DNA of 64,000 nt from Paraphysomonas bandaiensis (GCA_965644295.1 CBFFRP010000435.1:62001-126000), one strand, 5' to 3'. Positions 24,041-37,165 are shown, counted from the stretch's first letter. The notes: generated from the sequence alone by a model not told the origin. Made by a program: numbers and translations.

Positions 24041-26156
24041 TTATTCGCCTGTCTTACTAGTATCAAGGCTCTTTTTGGAACACAAATAGTTAATTTTTGC
24101 CACAATCTCAGCGCAAGCTTGAGTTGAGTCACAAAAATATTCAATGTCGTATATTTCTCCTTCATCACTATATGTTATGCGGAACGCCCTTGAGTCTTCC
24201 TCCAATGGCTCCACGCGCCTAATGGTAGATATGTCTCTCTGCGCTCGATGAACAGAAGACGAAGTCCGTGACGAACTATCGCGCCTCGCGTTATATATTT
24301 TATGCCCATCAACCCCCAGAACACGCTTTTGCATTCGTCCAAATTTATTTTTCTTGACAACATTCCACTCCTGGTAGACCGCAGCAGTCACATCTGCGCG
24401 CTTGTCATAGAGCACAAAAAGACAGCAAGAAGGGCTCTACCTGTGTACATGATACCGATATCACTGGAAGAGAGGCGTTCGTCACGTGAGTGTACTGCGT
24501 TAGACACGCTCGTCGAGATTGGAACCTTTGGAGAATCTGCAAATACCCTATATACAGAAAAAAAGTCACATTAATACGAGGAAAAATAGCAATACTTTTT
24601 TTGGAGCTCCAGTTCCCGAATTCCCAGGCTAAGAATAGGTAAATTCGGATCGATATTCGGTGAAGTTAACTACACAGGAAAGAAATAATCACTACTTAAG
24701 CAGCGAACTTCGTGCTTTGTTACCTTTAGTCGATGCTGATCTTCCGCAGACATTGTGAAGACATAAGTCTCTGTGAACAGCCTGCATACATAGTAAACTC
24801 CAATAGTACCAATGTTTTTGCATCATGCACGCAGCAGTACCTCAGTCTATGCTTTTTCGCAATCATGGGTAAGATATCTCGAGCAGTGGTAGAATCATCC
24901 AACCTCAGCTTCACATGTCCTGCATTTGGCAGAGTCACCATCACCATGTTCACCTGTGACTAAATATGAGCGCCTTATAGTAAAACCAAGCTGTAGCTGA
25001 TGGGAATCGCACTAGCAACGCATAATTGAGATAAACTATATATTTCACTACCGGCAGAACATCCTTTGTTGGGGTGACAGGAGGAGCATTGCTTGTTGAA
25101 GGGGGAACTGGTACACCACTCTTCTGACAGAGGCAGTACTCTGTGACGTTGCCAAACTGCTTCAACATCCTCTGTCTGTCTAGAGCTGGGAAATCCTCAT
25201 CAGGTTCACCGTCACCTGCATCAATGTATTTACCCCCATGACACCAATACACAGATGTCATACAGCACGGCCACCTTCATGTAATCGTAACTCGTAACAC
25301 TCCGGAGCATGATGGTGTAATGTTCCTGGAAATAAACTGCTTTGGTGAGTCCTTAAAGTGGCTTTTATAACCTCCAAGACAGTATCATTAGGGTTCACAT
25401 GCACTTTCATGGGCTCCCTGAAAGACCGCGTTTGAGTGAAACATCAAATTCATGGGCAGTACAAGTCTCGAAATACAACATACCACAGACTTATAGCACA
25501 CAAACAATAAATACCTGTTGGGAAGGTAAATTGTTAATGGAACACCATCGCGTCTGGATGCGACAGGTGTAGGCGGGCCTGCGACACCAGATCCCAAAAG
25601 CTGAGACAGGGCAGAACGTGGTTTTGTGCTGGTTGTGGTGGGAAGTGGGAGAGGTCTGTTTAAGTATTCATATACACATTAATACAATAAAGCCATACGT
25701 CACCGGAACTCACTTAAACAATTCTTCCGCCAGCTGACGAGGTTTGTATATTGGATTTTTTTGGAAACTTGTTTCCTGTGTGCAATGAATAAGCACAAAA
25801 CATTTATTGTCAGGTGCTCACCACTTCAGAATTAATATCCTTATTATCGTCCGTTGAGCGCTGCTCATATAAAGATGTTACAACATAAAATTCATTAACA
25901 CTCTTACCTTCTGGTCTTCATGAATTGTGGATTCCAGTTCGAAAGTACCGCTGAGTTCAATCTCAGGGGGGGAAGACGAGAAGAGCTTGTCTACCTCTGC
26001 GTCCTGCTTTAGTGATGAGGAAACCCGTACTTAATATCTAGACAAAGATATCACCTGTATGTCACGGAATCTACCACTGGGTTTGCCACGTTGTTGGGGG
26101 TCAGAGCGTATCAAAGATATAACCTCGTTGAGGGCCGTAATATCTTCAAAAAGCAT
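24041..26156 (-). CDS. SIN1: SIN1/Avo1/MAPKAP1-like TORC2 subunit (multi-exon)
   Basis: N-terminus MLFEDITALNEVISLIR; CRIM-domain motif YELRLHEG..GDGEPDEDFPALDRQR; ubiquitin-like/RBD segment (LRLDDSTTARDILPMIAKKH); C-terminal SIN1-type PH YQEWNVVKKNKFGRMQKRVLGVDGHKIYN...AEIVAKINYL. Not every exon boundary was resolved. Confidence 0.85.
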
Positions 26157-26453
26157 GGCTACACTCGAAGAAAGACGCGCCTTGTCAACGGGATGGCTAT
26201 GATTTTAGATAGTAGCTTGATATCTGCATCGCAGGAGTTATCCTACAATCCGAAATCGTAGCTACTCTCGCAATGAAGCTGCCTCTATTTCGAGTGTAAA
26301 AAAAAGTAGAAAATAAAAAAAATCCGAAGAAGTATGAAAATTAAAACCTCAATTTTTTGGAGTTGTGGAAATTATTTTTCATACTTCGGATAGTTTCGAT
26401 TCAGCTCCCTCGCAAGATCTCATAGCAAACGAGTGTACTTATTTTTCCAGTGA

Positions 26454-26942
26454 GGCCGTTCCTTACGGAGGGTAAAAATAAAAAATGAAATTTTTTTTCT
26501 TTCGCATTCTCAACACACCGTACCTTACGGTTGGTCAAAAAAAAAGATAACATGACATGATGAAAACACCCATTTCTATAGGAGAAACTCTCAAAACCCT
26601 GTATTTTGTAAAGAAAAGGGGGTTTCATGCCATATATATTGAAAAGTTATATGTAGATATATTGGATGCATTATGCTGGTTCAAGGACACCGTTTGAATC
26701 ACAACAAGCGCTCAGCCTACTCGACATAGGCTTGGTAAAACTCGTGATAACAATATTATGACTCGAGGTTCCTAATATAGGCCGCAATATTATTTCTTAC
26801 CATACCATGTATGTTGGAAAGAAATGAAATCATTTCTTACCATGATCCAAAATATTTTTTTTTTTGACCACCGTAAGGAACGGGAAGAGCAAAAAAAAAA
26901 AATTTCATTTTTTATTTTTACCCACCGTATGGAGAGAAGGCC
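26454..26942. mobile_element. ~490-bp MITE with ~100-bp TIRs and duplicated subterminal motifs
   Basis: GGCCGTTCCTTACGGAGGGTAAAAATAAAAAATGAAATTTTTT / AAAAAATTTCATTTTTTATTTTTACCCACCGTATGGAGAGAAGGCC; inner pair CCGTACCTTACGGTTGGTCAAAA / TTTTGACCACCGTAAGGAACGG. No clear TSD. Confidence 0.8.
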
Positions 26943-27171
26943 CATTGACAAGAAGCACACTCTGATATGCCAAACTAATTTCATAAAGTTACTTCGAATT
27001 CGTTATAAATTCATCATGGAGGTAGGCTAACTTGTATAAAAAAACTCAGAGGAGGTGATCACAAATATATCTGGCGTCATTCTGTGCATCAAAAGTAATT
27101 GTACTACTGCATTTCCCCTCTAGGTAGAAAGCTAGTGTATTATTTCCCGTACTTGACAGAGCAAATAGCTG

Positions 27172-28706
27172 ATGTCTATGTCTCAAGCTCAAGCAGAAAT
27201 TAAAAGTTTACTACTCAAAGCTCGTGATCTTGCTGCAGTCGCGTGTCATTATGATGAAGACGGGGAACTAGTGAAAGCTTCTCAGAGTTATGACGAATCT
27301 ATCATTTATATCGATGAAGTTTTGGGTAAAATACCAAGCAGTTGCGATGCATGGCAGCTCCTGATGATATATAGGGAGAAATACAATACTAGAATGGCAA
27401 GATTATTTTTTATTCAGAAGTATAATTAATATATTTATAGGAAAAAATTAGATATATTGAAATGTCACAGAGAGATACAAGTGGTATGTCCCCACCAAAA
27501 TTAAAGCGCCGAATGAGCAAAGTTCCTTTCAATGATAAGCTTAGCCCGATTGAGTTGAAGGCACCACCTAGAGAAGATCCTCCGCAATCTCTTCTCCGCC
27601 GCCCGTATTGGTTACTGCGCGTTCTTGGCAGGGTTATAGAAAAGGGTGGCTACATATCTAGTCGTGTATATGTACCAAAGCTTGTTTGGTCGCAGTTCGG
27701 AGTCAAATTCAGTGGTCTTGGCGTCAAAACTGCGGCCTTTGAGAACTTGGCCATATACACCACCGCACATATCCGGGCCAACGAGCTCCCTATGGACGCG
27801 ACAACAACCAGAGTAGCCCTGTATGCCCTCAAGCGGTTCCGCCACGAGCTGGTAGGAATCCAAAATAATCTCGCGAAGCCGCTGCCATACATAAAGGAGG
27901 TTTCACTTAACGAAGCGCCGTCACCACCGCCGTCGTCAAATGTACGTTAGTCATAGTGATGCCATTCCTTTAAATATCTGATTACGTACAGGTGGGGCGA
28001 CTATCGAGTATGGTCACCTCTTTGGGAAAAAATGTCGTCAAGTACGCGGAGGTTGGGTATCAACGCATGACCTCACTTCCAGTTCGCATGGGAGATGATG
28101 AGCTTACTAGGTTTGCCCAGCTCGCTGCACACTTATGCGATCAGTGCCAAGTACTGCTTTTTTGACCTGTTTGATGTACTGAAGCTCACTATATGCACAG
28201 ATTCTTGATGGGTGGACGAATTATGTGGAGGACGAGTTGGAGGCATTGCAATCTTCCAGAGGTTGTTCTGCTACTGTTTCTATTCCTACCTCATCCAATT
28301 CCCTTGGTAACTATGTGTTTGAAACTACCGCTCACATCAACTGTATAACGGTCTTCTGTAGATACGTTGCGACCAAAGGAGACGCAACCAAGTGCTGACT
28401 TTCCCCCAGCGCCGCCGCCATCTCCTGCTGGCTATGAGGCCCATACACATGACAGTCCACATTCGGATGCACATAGACTTTCTGCTATGCAGGTATGTAG
28501 CTTTTGTTTCTCACAGTTGAATGTTTTTGATACTTCAGTGGTAGGAGCTGTATGTGGAGCTGACTGCAGTTTCAGTTTTCTTTAAAGAAGTCATTTGTGA
28601 GATTCTATTGCGCGACAACGAGTACTTACTGGACAGGTATATGCGAAAAATGCGCAAGAGTTTCAGTAGAATGTATTGGGACGATGAGGCTGGTGATGAT
28701 AAGTAG
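27172..28706 (+). CDS. MIT-domain protein with conserved uncharacterised C-terminal domain (multi-exon)
   Basis: MIT helices (KARDLAAVACHYDEDGELVKASQSY...YREKYNTRM), then RPYWLLRVL...GGYISSRVYVPKLVW..GVK and C-terminal VICEILLRDNEYLLDRYMRK; stop TAG at 28704-28706. Confidence 0.8.
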
Positions 28707-29049
28707 TTTCTGATCTGCTATAGGGTTGCGATTAGTGAAGAACTTGACTTGTATTTCATTCTCTATTGACTGTACCTCGTATCAATAATGGTTGATTAAT
28801 AAATTGTACGTTTTTTACTACACATATTAATTACTTATCATGGACACACAATATACGAAGAAGTATACTGTGTGCAAAGCATTGTTTAGAAAGTAGACAT
28901 ATTATACATCAGCGTAATGTGAATCTACTTTGGGAACTTTCATGAATTTCTTATTGTAAATATATATTTTGGCGCAAACTGAACATTGTTTGTTTCGACA
29001 TGGTTGTAATGATTTTTTATCGTACAATATTGATGTACCTATGGGTAAG

Positions 29050-29323
29050 AGAAATATTACATTCAACCTAGTCAAATTGGTGGAATTAACTTGTCACACT
29101 ATTTTGGTGTAAAGAATACGTAATACCTAGGCAAAGTAATAAAAGACTCAACCTGGTATATTTTTATACCAAACCTAGTCGTTTTTATATCCAGTGATTA
29201 CACATTGTGACTGTCTAAGATACCTACTCACACCACAAAACATAATAATGGCTTACAGAGCATCAAAATTAATTAATTAACAATTAATTTATATCTACAT
29301 ATATATCTACTTAACATCTAACA
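29050..29323 (+). repeat. Dispersed ~270-bp repeat, copy 1 (LTR-like, ends TAACA)
   Basis: Homologous to 47759-48027 (ttcaacctagtcaaattgg; tgtgactgtctaa; cttacagagcatcaaaa; atctacttaaca). No TSD identified. Confidence 0.75.
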
Positions 29324-29362
29324 CAGTGTATGTCCATTTTACCAAGTAGTAAACGACATAAT

Positions 29363-29627
29363 ATTAACGCTATGATATGTGCTTGTGCGTCACAGCAAGC
29401 ACCAAGGTGCAACCACCTCCGCTCTATCACTCAAAGCAAACACAGTGAGAAAGCAGAATGACGATATAGCTGACATATGCTGACTTCAGGATTGTTGAGT
29501 CCATAAGGTGGGCCCATTCCCAGATGCCTGTTTATTCGTCAAGGCTCAAAGACAAAAGACGTCTACACAAGTGACACTAATTAGTACCATACTAACATTT
29601 GGCTATGAGTGGGCAGAAAATTATCTG
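29363..29627 (-). mobile_element. Non-coding retroelement fragment ending in the shared 3' module
   Basis: The reverse complement of 29363-29425 is AGAGCGGAGGTGGTTGCACCTTGGTGCTTGCTGTGACGCACAAGCA...; 29507-29627 is an inverted copy of 30898-31018. Confidence 0.75.
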
Positions 29628-30799
29628 CTGCCTATATGTGCGGCTCACGTTAGCTCCCGGAGAAATATCTCCGGCACTTATCCCCCAGAACACCACGAAA
29701 TGTGCGAACCTGACTTGTTGAGGGAAATTATTGCCGATTAATTGCCGTTAAATTCTATTTCTTTTCGAATTGCTTTCTGATCCAAAAGATACCGTTTTGC
29801 ACACAGACAGAGACATCAACATTTCAGATTATCTAGGCGTTATTTGCTTGTAAATATATTCGTCATAACAATCTTAGCATTGCTAAAAGTCTCACAAATA
29901 TTGGTAGTGCTATACAAACGCTTTATACAACGATATCGTTTTGGCAGTTATCGCTTTCTTGAGCTTTTTCGGTTGTCTTTAAGTAAATGAATGGCTCGTA
30001 TTTCTCACCATCCTCGTTTTCTTCATCAAATTCACCTTCGTCTGCAGTACATCATTTATAATAAGTAGCTATACCATTTAAAATGATATTTAAGCCAATT
30101 TATATGCAGTAATAGCCAAGAAAAATATTTGCTATTATTATTTTTTTTAATCAATTAATTTACGCTATAGTATGTCTGCTTTGGAAGTGTGAGAGAGTGA
30201 GAAATGGTAGTGTAACGCCTTGGCGTTAACTGTTCTTCCTGGGCATGTGATTGCTAGCTGTGGTTGGGAGCAAGCTGTACTTGATGGGCTACATGCTAGG
30301 ATGAGTGAGACCTCTTGCTGGTGATATATATTGTGTATATTATTATATGTATGCTTGCATGTACACTACACTATGCCTTGCATTGCATGTCATCATTGTA
30401 TTGATATTGCATTGTATGTACTTACGCTTATTACTATATCACCCACATCACTCACACTACACACATATATGACATACATTATACACCTTATCCATTATTG
30501 CATACGACACACACTATACACATATAACACTCTATGCTGTGTTGGTATTAATTCTTCTCTAGCTGCAGATAGAAGGAGTTAGATATCAATATAGTGTATT
30601 CTTCATATTCATCCATGCCTTCTGCTATCTCTATATGTATGTGTATTACCATCTATATCCATCATCACACTCTTATCACTTGCATACTGTATGGCATATT
30701 CTACTCGTGCTTGTATAAGATACAAGTCTTGTCATAAGCATGATCTACATGTATACATGACATGAATACAACGTATGTATGGTATATGTACACATCGTA

Positions 30800-31250
30800 T
30801 CACCTGAGGGTCCATTCATCTTGTTATGAGGCCATTGGTACTCTCTGTGTGGTCTTCATATTCCTGTGGAGTGCAGTGAAGTCTAACTTCTTGTATTCAG
30901 ATAATTTTCTGCCCACTCATAGCCAAATGTTAGTATGGTACTAATTAGTGTCACTTGTGTAGACGTCTTTTGTCTTTGAACCTTGACGAATAAACAGGCA
31001 TCTGGGAATGGGCCCACCTCAAGGGCATCCGGGATATTGGGCTGCCTACTGAAGGCAAGCATTTGGGCTAGCTCACCTTACGGACAGAGAGCGAAAGTGG
31101 TTGCACCTTGGTGCTTGCGTTGACGCACAAGCAGCTTTCGTAGCGTTAAATAGTAGGATATGAGAATTTACACTAGTAAGTTAAATTGATTTGCTACACT
31201 AGTTCTGACTCTTACACGCCTATTGCTAATAATGAGACAGTCACTACTTA
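30800..31250 (+). mobile_element. Non-coding retroelement (SINE-like or second LINE family 3' UTR) with the complete shared 3' module
   Basis: Module at 31087-31250, ending CCTATTGCTAATAATGAGACAGTCACTACT; body unrelated to the LINE at 713-2265; preceded by CA/TA-rich low-complexity DNA (30320-30795). 5' boundary uncertain. Confidence 0.72.
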
Positions 31251-31538
31251 CACACACCACAGCTCCAACAACAGTGTAAAATTCAACGAAATCGTTGATT
31301 GTATTAATGTTAAATATGCCATATTACACTGTTTTACACGGTACATGTACTATCGTAACCGAAAAAACAGGATACAATACTATTTATATACAGATGGCAT
31401 ATAACACACGCGAATGCCTTAGTCATTACTTATTCTACTGCGATCAGGTCAGATGTTCCTCTACGGTACACCATGCAATATGAACTGATCCTCTATATCT
31501 AAGAACCCTGTCAACTAAAGGGTGATAACTATAAGTGT

Positions 31539-33174
31539 TTAAGACCACTTTCCTTCCAGTGTCTCACCCACTCGCCGTAAAGCAGATATATAACGCCCAA
31601 TGAAACTCTTATCAACTGGCTTTTCAATGGCTAGAGACTCAGAAAATGCTTCGGGACCCTCTAAGTCAGGTGGGTTACTGGGTTTTATAACTATTGACAA
31701 TGTAGTTTTGCCACTCTCTGACGGTGCGCTTACATTTTCTCCGGCTAGCATCCCTCTAAAGGTGCTCTCCGAGGCATGTAGGTTGTGAACCGGACACGTA
31801 ACATGTGGGCCCGGAGATAGTGTAGCGGGAATGGGACGGCGAATGTCTACTAGTTTCGTAGATTCTGGAGATGCGCAATCTCTGATAACGTACCTTCTTT
31901 CGGGTGCCTGCGGAGAAACTATTCGCATGGCATTGAAGGCCCATCGACTTATATCTGCTTCTTTATCGCTATCCATCCTCACCAACCTCGGGCGCTTAAC
32001 TACAATACTGACTGCACTGGACGATGCGCTTCGTCCCTCTCGAGCTCGTCCCACAAGTGCCTGCAAACGAAAGTGGACCTGTGCATATTCTGGCCCAGTA
32101 ATAAACACTCTATAATCCAGTGCCTCTAGCAGTCTACTCTCCAGAGCATTCAATCGAGCCACCGATATGTTATTGCCTCCAACAGAGCAGATAGCACTGA
32201 AGTCCACATTGATCATACTGAAATCGTCCCATACCTTTGACGCGAGCATAAGTGCTGTCAAAAGTACAGCCTTCCAGTTAGCGATGGTGAGTCGCAATCC
32301 TCTCCCGTTATGTCCATGCAACGCGCGTTCAATGTAGACTAACATAATGAGCAGACACTCATGCTCGACCTGAGTGTTGGTGAATAGGTTGTGTAAAAAT
32401 GCGTACACTGTGCTAACTGAAAGAGAGGGTACCACACTCTGTCATAATAACCATGAGTGTAAGTAGTTTATCATCAATGATAGTTGTACTCACTGTGGTA
32501 ATTGCGGGTTCACTGGCAGGCGATACGCACAACTGGCGCGCAATTTGCACGACATCCACATTGGACCCCACTCCGCCGTCGAATATATTATACCTTGAAT
32601 CTGCTGTACCCTCTCCATTATCTTTACCCGTGCTATGAACATAGGAAACAATAATAGCACAAATGCACCGACAAAATGTCTCAGGACTATGGATAACATC
32701 GCTACCACGTTTGCGACTTTTCGGAGAACATGGCACGGCACTGAAAGGGAAGTCCGCATCACTGCGTCGCTTTTTCCATTCCATCTCTCTCAAACCGATA
32801 GCATCACCAAATGAGCTCTCGGATGGCCTCTTGCGAAGACTATCGCTGCGAATATTAGGAAAACAGTGCTGCAATGATGCAGTCCGTCGGCGACGTAAAT
32901 TATAGGGCTGTTTTTCAGGTGTATCGTCCCCATAATCTGTGAGCGATGAACTCCTGCGGATAGTAGGGGGTCTTTGCAGAGTGTTGGAGTCGGATGACAT
33001 GTACGGATCTTGTTTTAGCAGCTCTACGGCATAATCTGCGGCGGCATCAGACAGCGCAACTACAAGTGGAAAACACTCACCATCACAGCTAACACTCTGT
33101 CCATGGATGCTTTTCTGTCTCCAGTATTTTCCATTCTCACCTACTGTAGAGTGACTCTTCGATAGCTTCCTCAT
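31539..33174 (-). CDS. Cyclin-Y-like (Cyclin_N) protein; 2 exons
   Basis: ECLLIMLVYIER...NWKAVLLTALMLASKVWDD.SM.NVDF...LNALE..LL..LDY cyclin box; intron 32493..32439 joins the two ORFs in frame. Confidence 0.88.
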
Positions 33175-34379
33175 GGCCTGTTGTAGCTATGGCACAAAGC
33201 AGTATGTTTCCAGTTTGTTGATGAGACAATTGCTGATTTGTAGATAAAGATAACATGCCCATATACACCACTGTATACCAACCATACCATACCTTACTTC
33301 AAACCTCCCGTTTGAGCATACAGCCATTTCATTGGGTGAGAGAAGTGAAAGTGGGGCATGGCCAGTCTAGAAGAAAAATTGTCCACATCTTTCAATGGAC
33401 AAGAACGGTTTGCGGGGCATAATTATGCATAACATGGTCTAGGGTAAAAAAATTGGGATTGATATTGTCAACATCAACAAAAAATTCAAGAAGAATGGCC
33501 GGAGCAAATAAAATCAATATCTAGATAGCCAGTTCACGTCAAAAGCCCGAACAACCGTAAGTCCAAAAATGTCGTTCTAACTCTCATATATATATCATTT
33601 CAGTGACATTGAAACTCAATTAAGACAACACTTGAATTGACGTTACACTTGAGACTTGTCATTCTGTGTCAATCATGGACCACTGGACACGAATATGCAA
33701 CCAGATTTTCATTTCATGCACTGCTTCTTTCATATCGTAGGTTTCATATATCGTTTCAATTCATCGAGTACCCCTCACATCCGGCACCATTGCTCAAAAT
33801 CCCTACATTGAATTTTAACATGAAGCCCACGAAAGGTTTGTATACAGATGGGCTCTCACATATATGAGTGCTGTGCAATTCCTACGACTTGTTTTTGTGT
33901 TCTCTCTCTGGCTCGTCTATGAGATTGCAAGAAACTTCGCGAAAAGTACCGACAAGACGCCATCGACAAGCTCCAGACGGCTAAATTTCCAAAAGCACAG
34001 TCGAAAGACAGTTATAGATCTGAAGTTGACCTTAATGCTATTCTCGATGAGTATGTTGTTCCGCGCCGCACCGTGAAGAGTACCGCAGATAAAAAACATA
34101 GTACGGAATTATGTTGTTTTTGTTTGGTAGTATAAACGTATAAACACTAATAACTATACGCCACTAACTAATTAATTTTTTGCGATGTATAATACGAATC
34201 GCAATCTGGTACTACTATCAAAGAATTTTATCTAACCACCGTCTGCTATCATGATAAAACAGCCTACAGCCTCGCTAGCTACAGCTAAAAACTCAAGAGA
34301 GCGGAGCTTACAGAAAGGAAAGTTGAGGAATAAAGCAGCTCAATTATTACGTTTACCATTCCAGAAAGTAATGAAAATG

Positions 34380-34475
34380 CATGTATTGCAGCTAAAATAA
34401 TAATCAATATATTGTGGCAAGCAAGAATTAAAAATTGCAATATATTGCAAACTAATATATTTTTGACTGGCCCTG
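34380..34475. mobile_element. Orphan hAT terminus of the family at 39665 and 48690
   Basis: GCAATATATTGCAA...TTGACTGGCCCTG matches the TIR and subterminal palindrome; partner end not found. Confidence 0.7.
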
Positions 34476-35929
34476 TGTATTCTGAAGTCAACTACAATTA
34501 TGTAGGTAGTACTAGCTAGTGATTGTGTGTGTTGTTAAGAGTCAGAACTAATGCTGCTCTGACTCTTACACAATTATTGCTAATAATAAGACATTCACCA
34601 CTGATTCTTGTGTGCGGAATGCAGAATGATGCCATGGCAAGGTATTGATGGACTGACATGACTTCACTGTACCGCAAGCTTCATGCTGTTCAAGACCAGT
34701 ACGATGACTTTTAACCGATTGAGACAACTGATTTATGTGTGTGGTTTTTGCCATCAGAAGAGACAGTGAAGTGGAAGAGGGCCCTTACAAGAGGATAAAA
34801 TACTGCTTGGGTCGTTATTTTGCAGAATGCATGCTCAGTGTGCATCCTGTGAAATTCTCCCGATAATTCAAGGATTCGAGTAATGTGACCGTTAGCATCT
34901 TCAATATCCATCAATGGGGGGCAGCGTTCATATTAGTACTATTAATGCATGCAATTAATAGAAATATTATTTTGGGTAAATTATTTTCTATATATACACC
35001 TCTGTATCAGTATCGTACCCGAGAAGTTACCTCGGTGTAAGATGGCTTGGACGAACAAATGTTATCATTACCTTGGAAGCTAACTGAACTTAGATTGGCG
35101 GTGAAGACATCTGAAGTGCACAATGCTTCTGCTTCTTAGCAGGTGATTGGGAGCTAGTTTACACTTTGGTTCAGATTTCTCGTGGTATGTATATTAGTAG
35201 GTTCTAAGTAGTAATTGCCGTTAATTCGTAATATGTAAATGCGAATACCGTCTTATTTTAATTGAATACATGCTTTGTCTTTTCATAATTGATACAGATC
35301 TGCAATATTGCTGGTTTTTATATTATTTCCTACTTTGCAATATATATATTATACTGTGTTTATTGTTGTTAATTATAGTACCTCTAGGTCGTATTGGTAT
35401 TATACTTTTAGGTAGTACCTATAGGTAGTATTGATACATGTAGGCAGTACCTATAGGTACATTTTAATATAAATAGGGATACTTATCAGTAGGAAATGTA
35501 GAGGTTATAGATACCACCTATAGGGAGACTATTAGGTACGTGTATTTGTGCAATATCATATGTCGATATCGGCATCATTTAATCCAACCATAAGTCCAAC
35601 GCTCCTGACATACTCCTCATTGGGGTAACCAGCCATTAGTGGATCATTTTCTTCCAACACCATTCTCAGTATTGCAATAGCTGCACTTAACTTAGAACGT
35701 CTTTCTTAGGCATAATAGCAATAAATCAACAACTATGGATAAGTCTACAATTACAATGCTATTTACAAGCAACTTCCAGAGTGAAGAAATTGCATCTTAT
35801 TATGAATAAGCAATATATACTACCTACGATTACCAGGTATCATGGTAATGTCAACATACTATTCTACTAATAGGCTGGCGTATTCATCCTCTGCAGAGTG
35901 TTACAGGTAGCACTAATATTCTATTTATG

Positions 35930-36570
35930 ATAGATGGTAAATATCAAGATACAAAGCACCCTATATCTAGGTGACAATGATTGACATATTTCAATACACC
36001 GTCCTTATTTACATCAATACGTATAGGGCACAGTGAGAAAGTAATATATCTTACATTCATATTAGTATATACATACTCAATTGACAATTGAAGTTATTCT
36101 TGCGTGGGTCTCTCTATTATCGAACTCTGAAGCGTCATTTTCTTCATATGCTCTGTATCATAGAATCAAAATTTCTAAATTAAATATTTTCACAACATAA
36201 TTCAAGAACGTTACCCTAAGACTCCTCTGGTGTTACATGACAATCGAGTTCATACGGCTCCGCAGAGGATGCTGCACGTCAACAATGACTGACATGCTCC
36301 AACACAGTATCTTCATATACATCAATACGCACAGGACACTATGATAAAATATCTATAAATGATACAAACATATTAGTATATACCTTCTAATCAGAGAGGA
36401 GAATGACACTCAAGTGGAGTTATTCGTATGTGAGTCTCTCTGATTATCATCTCTGCAGTATGAGTATATTCATATGCTCTGTTTCGAGCCACTAAATTGA
36501 ATATTGTACAAAATCATCCGATCATATTACCTGAGAGCCCTCTGGCGTTATATGACAGTCATGGTCACGG
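35930..36570 (-). pseudogene. Two diverged tandem ~325-bp exon/intron units of a decayed gene
   Basis: Repeated pattern on the minus strand: GTAA..intron..ACAG|AGCATATGAA...ATAAT.AGAGAGAC.CAC...|GTATATACTAATATG...CGTATTGATGTA; stops in the exon frames I read. Confidence 0.5.
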
Positions 36571-37165
36571 AATCAACTCTGCTATCTCTGTCTTTGAAAT
36601 AGACCAACTCTCCAGTATGATTGCCACTTAACCATACCTTTCACCAGCTAAATCAACTACCAGCAGCATGTGGCATGAAAGAACTATGAGCTCATGTATT
36701 CCCAGTGAGGTTATGATCATAACAGCCTGTGTTCCTCTTATTACTATAAAAGTATCGCATCGTATCCTGTATGTGAAGCTAACAGACATGTGTCTCTGGA
36801 TTCTGTGGACAATATGCCGATTATTATCTTGAAAATGTGTAGTTTTGTGACATTTTTGAGTGAAAAACCAGGGGATTTTTTAGTTTAGGTTGTGTAATTC
36901 ATTTTACATAGTTCTTCTAGTTTCGCTTAACCCAAAAACTCACACACACTACAATAGAGAATAATTTTCTCGTGTAAATTATTTTACACAACTCCCGAAA
37001 ACCCTGCTTTTTAGTTGTACATAGGGTTTGGACTTTTTATCAAAAAACGGTTGTTCGGGCTTTTGGATATGTGGTATGCCTACGTAGTATGGCCTCGCTC
37101 GTTGATATTCTGTTAAGATTTGCTTCGATTAAGTTATTCAGGTGTGACTACTATACAGTGCACTT

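Noticed and set aside
29507-31018. DNA transposon with 121-bp TIRs
   Set aside because: No matching TSD (TAA versus TCA), and homology resumes outside the repeats into the retroelement 3' module.
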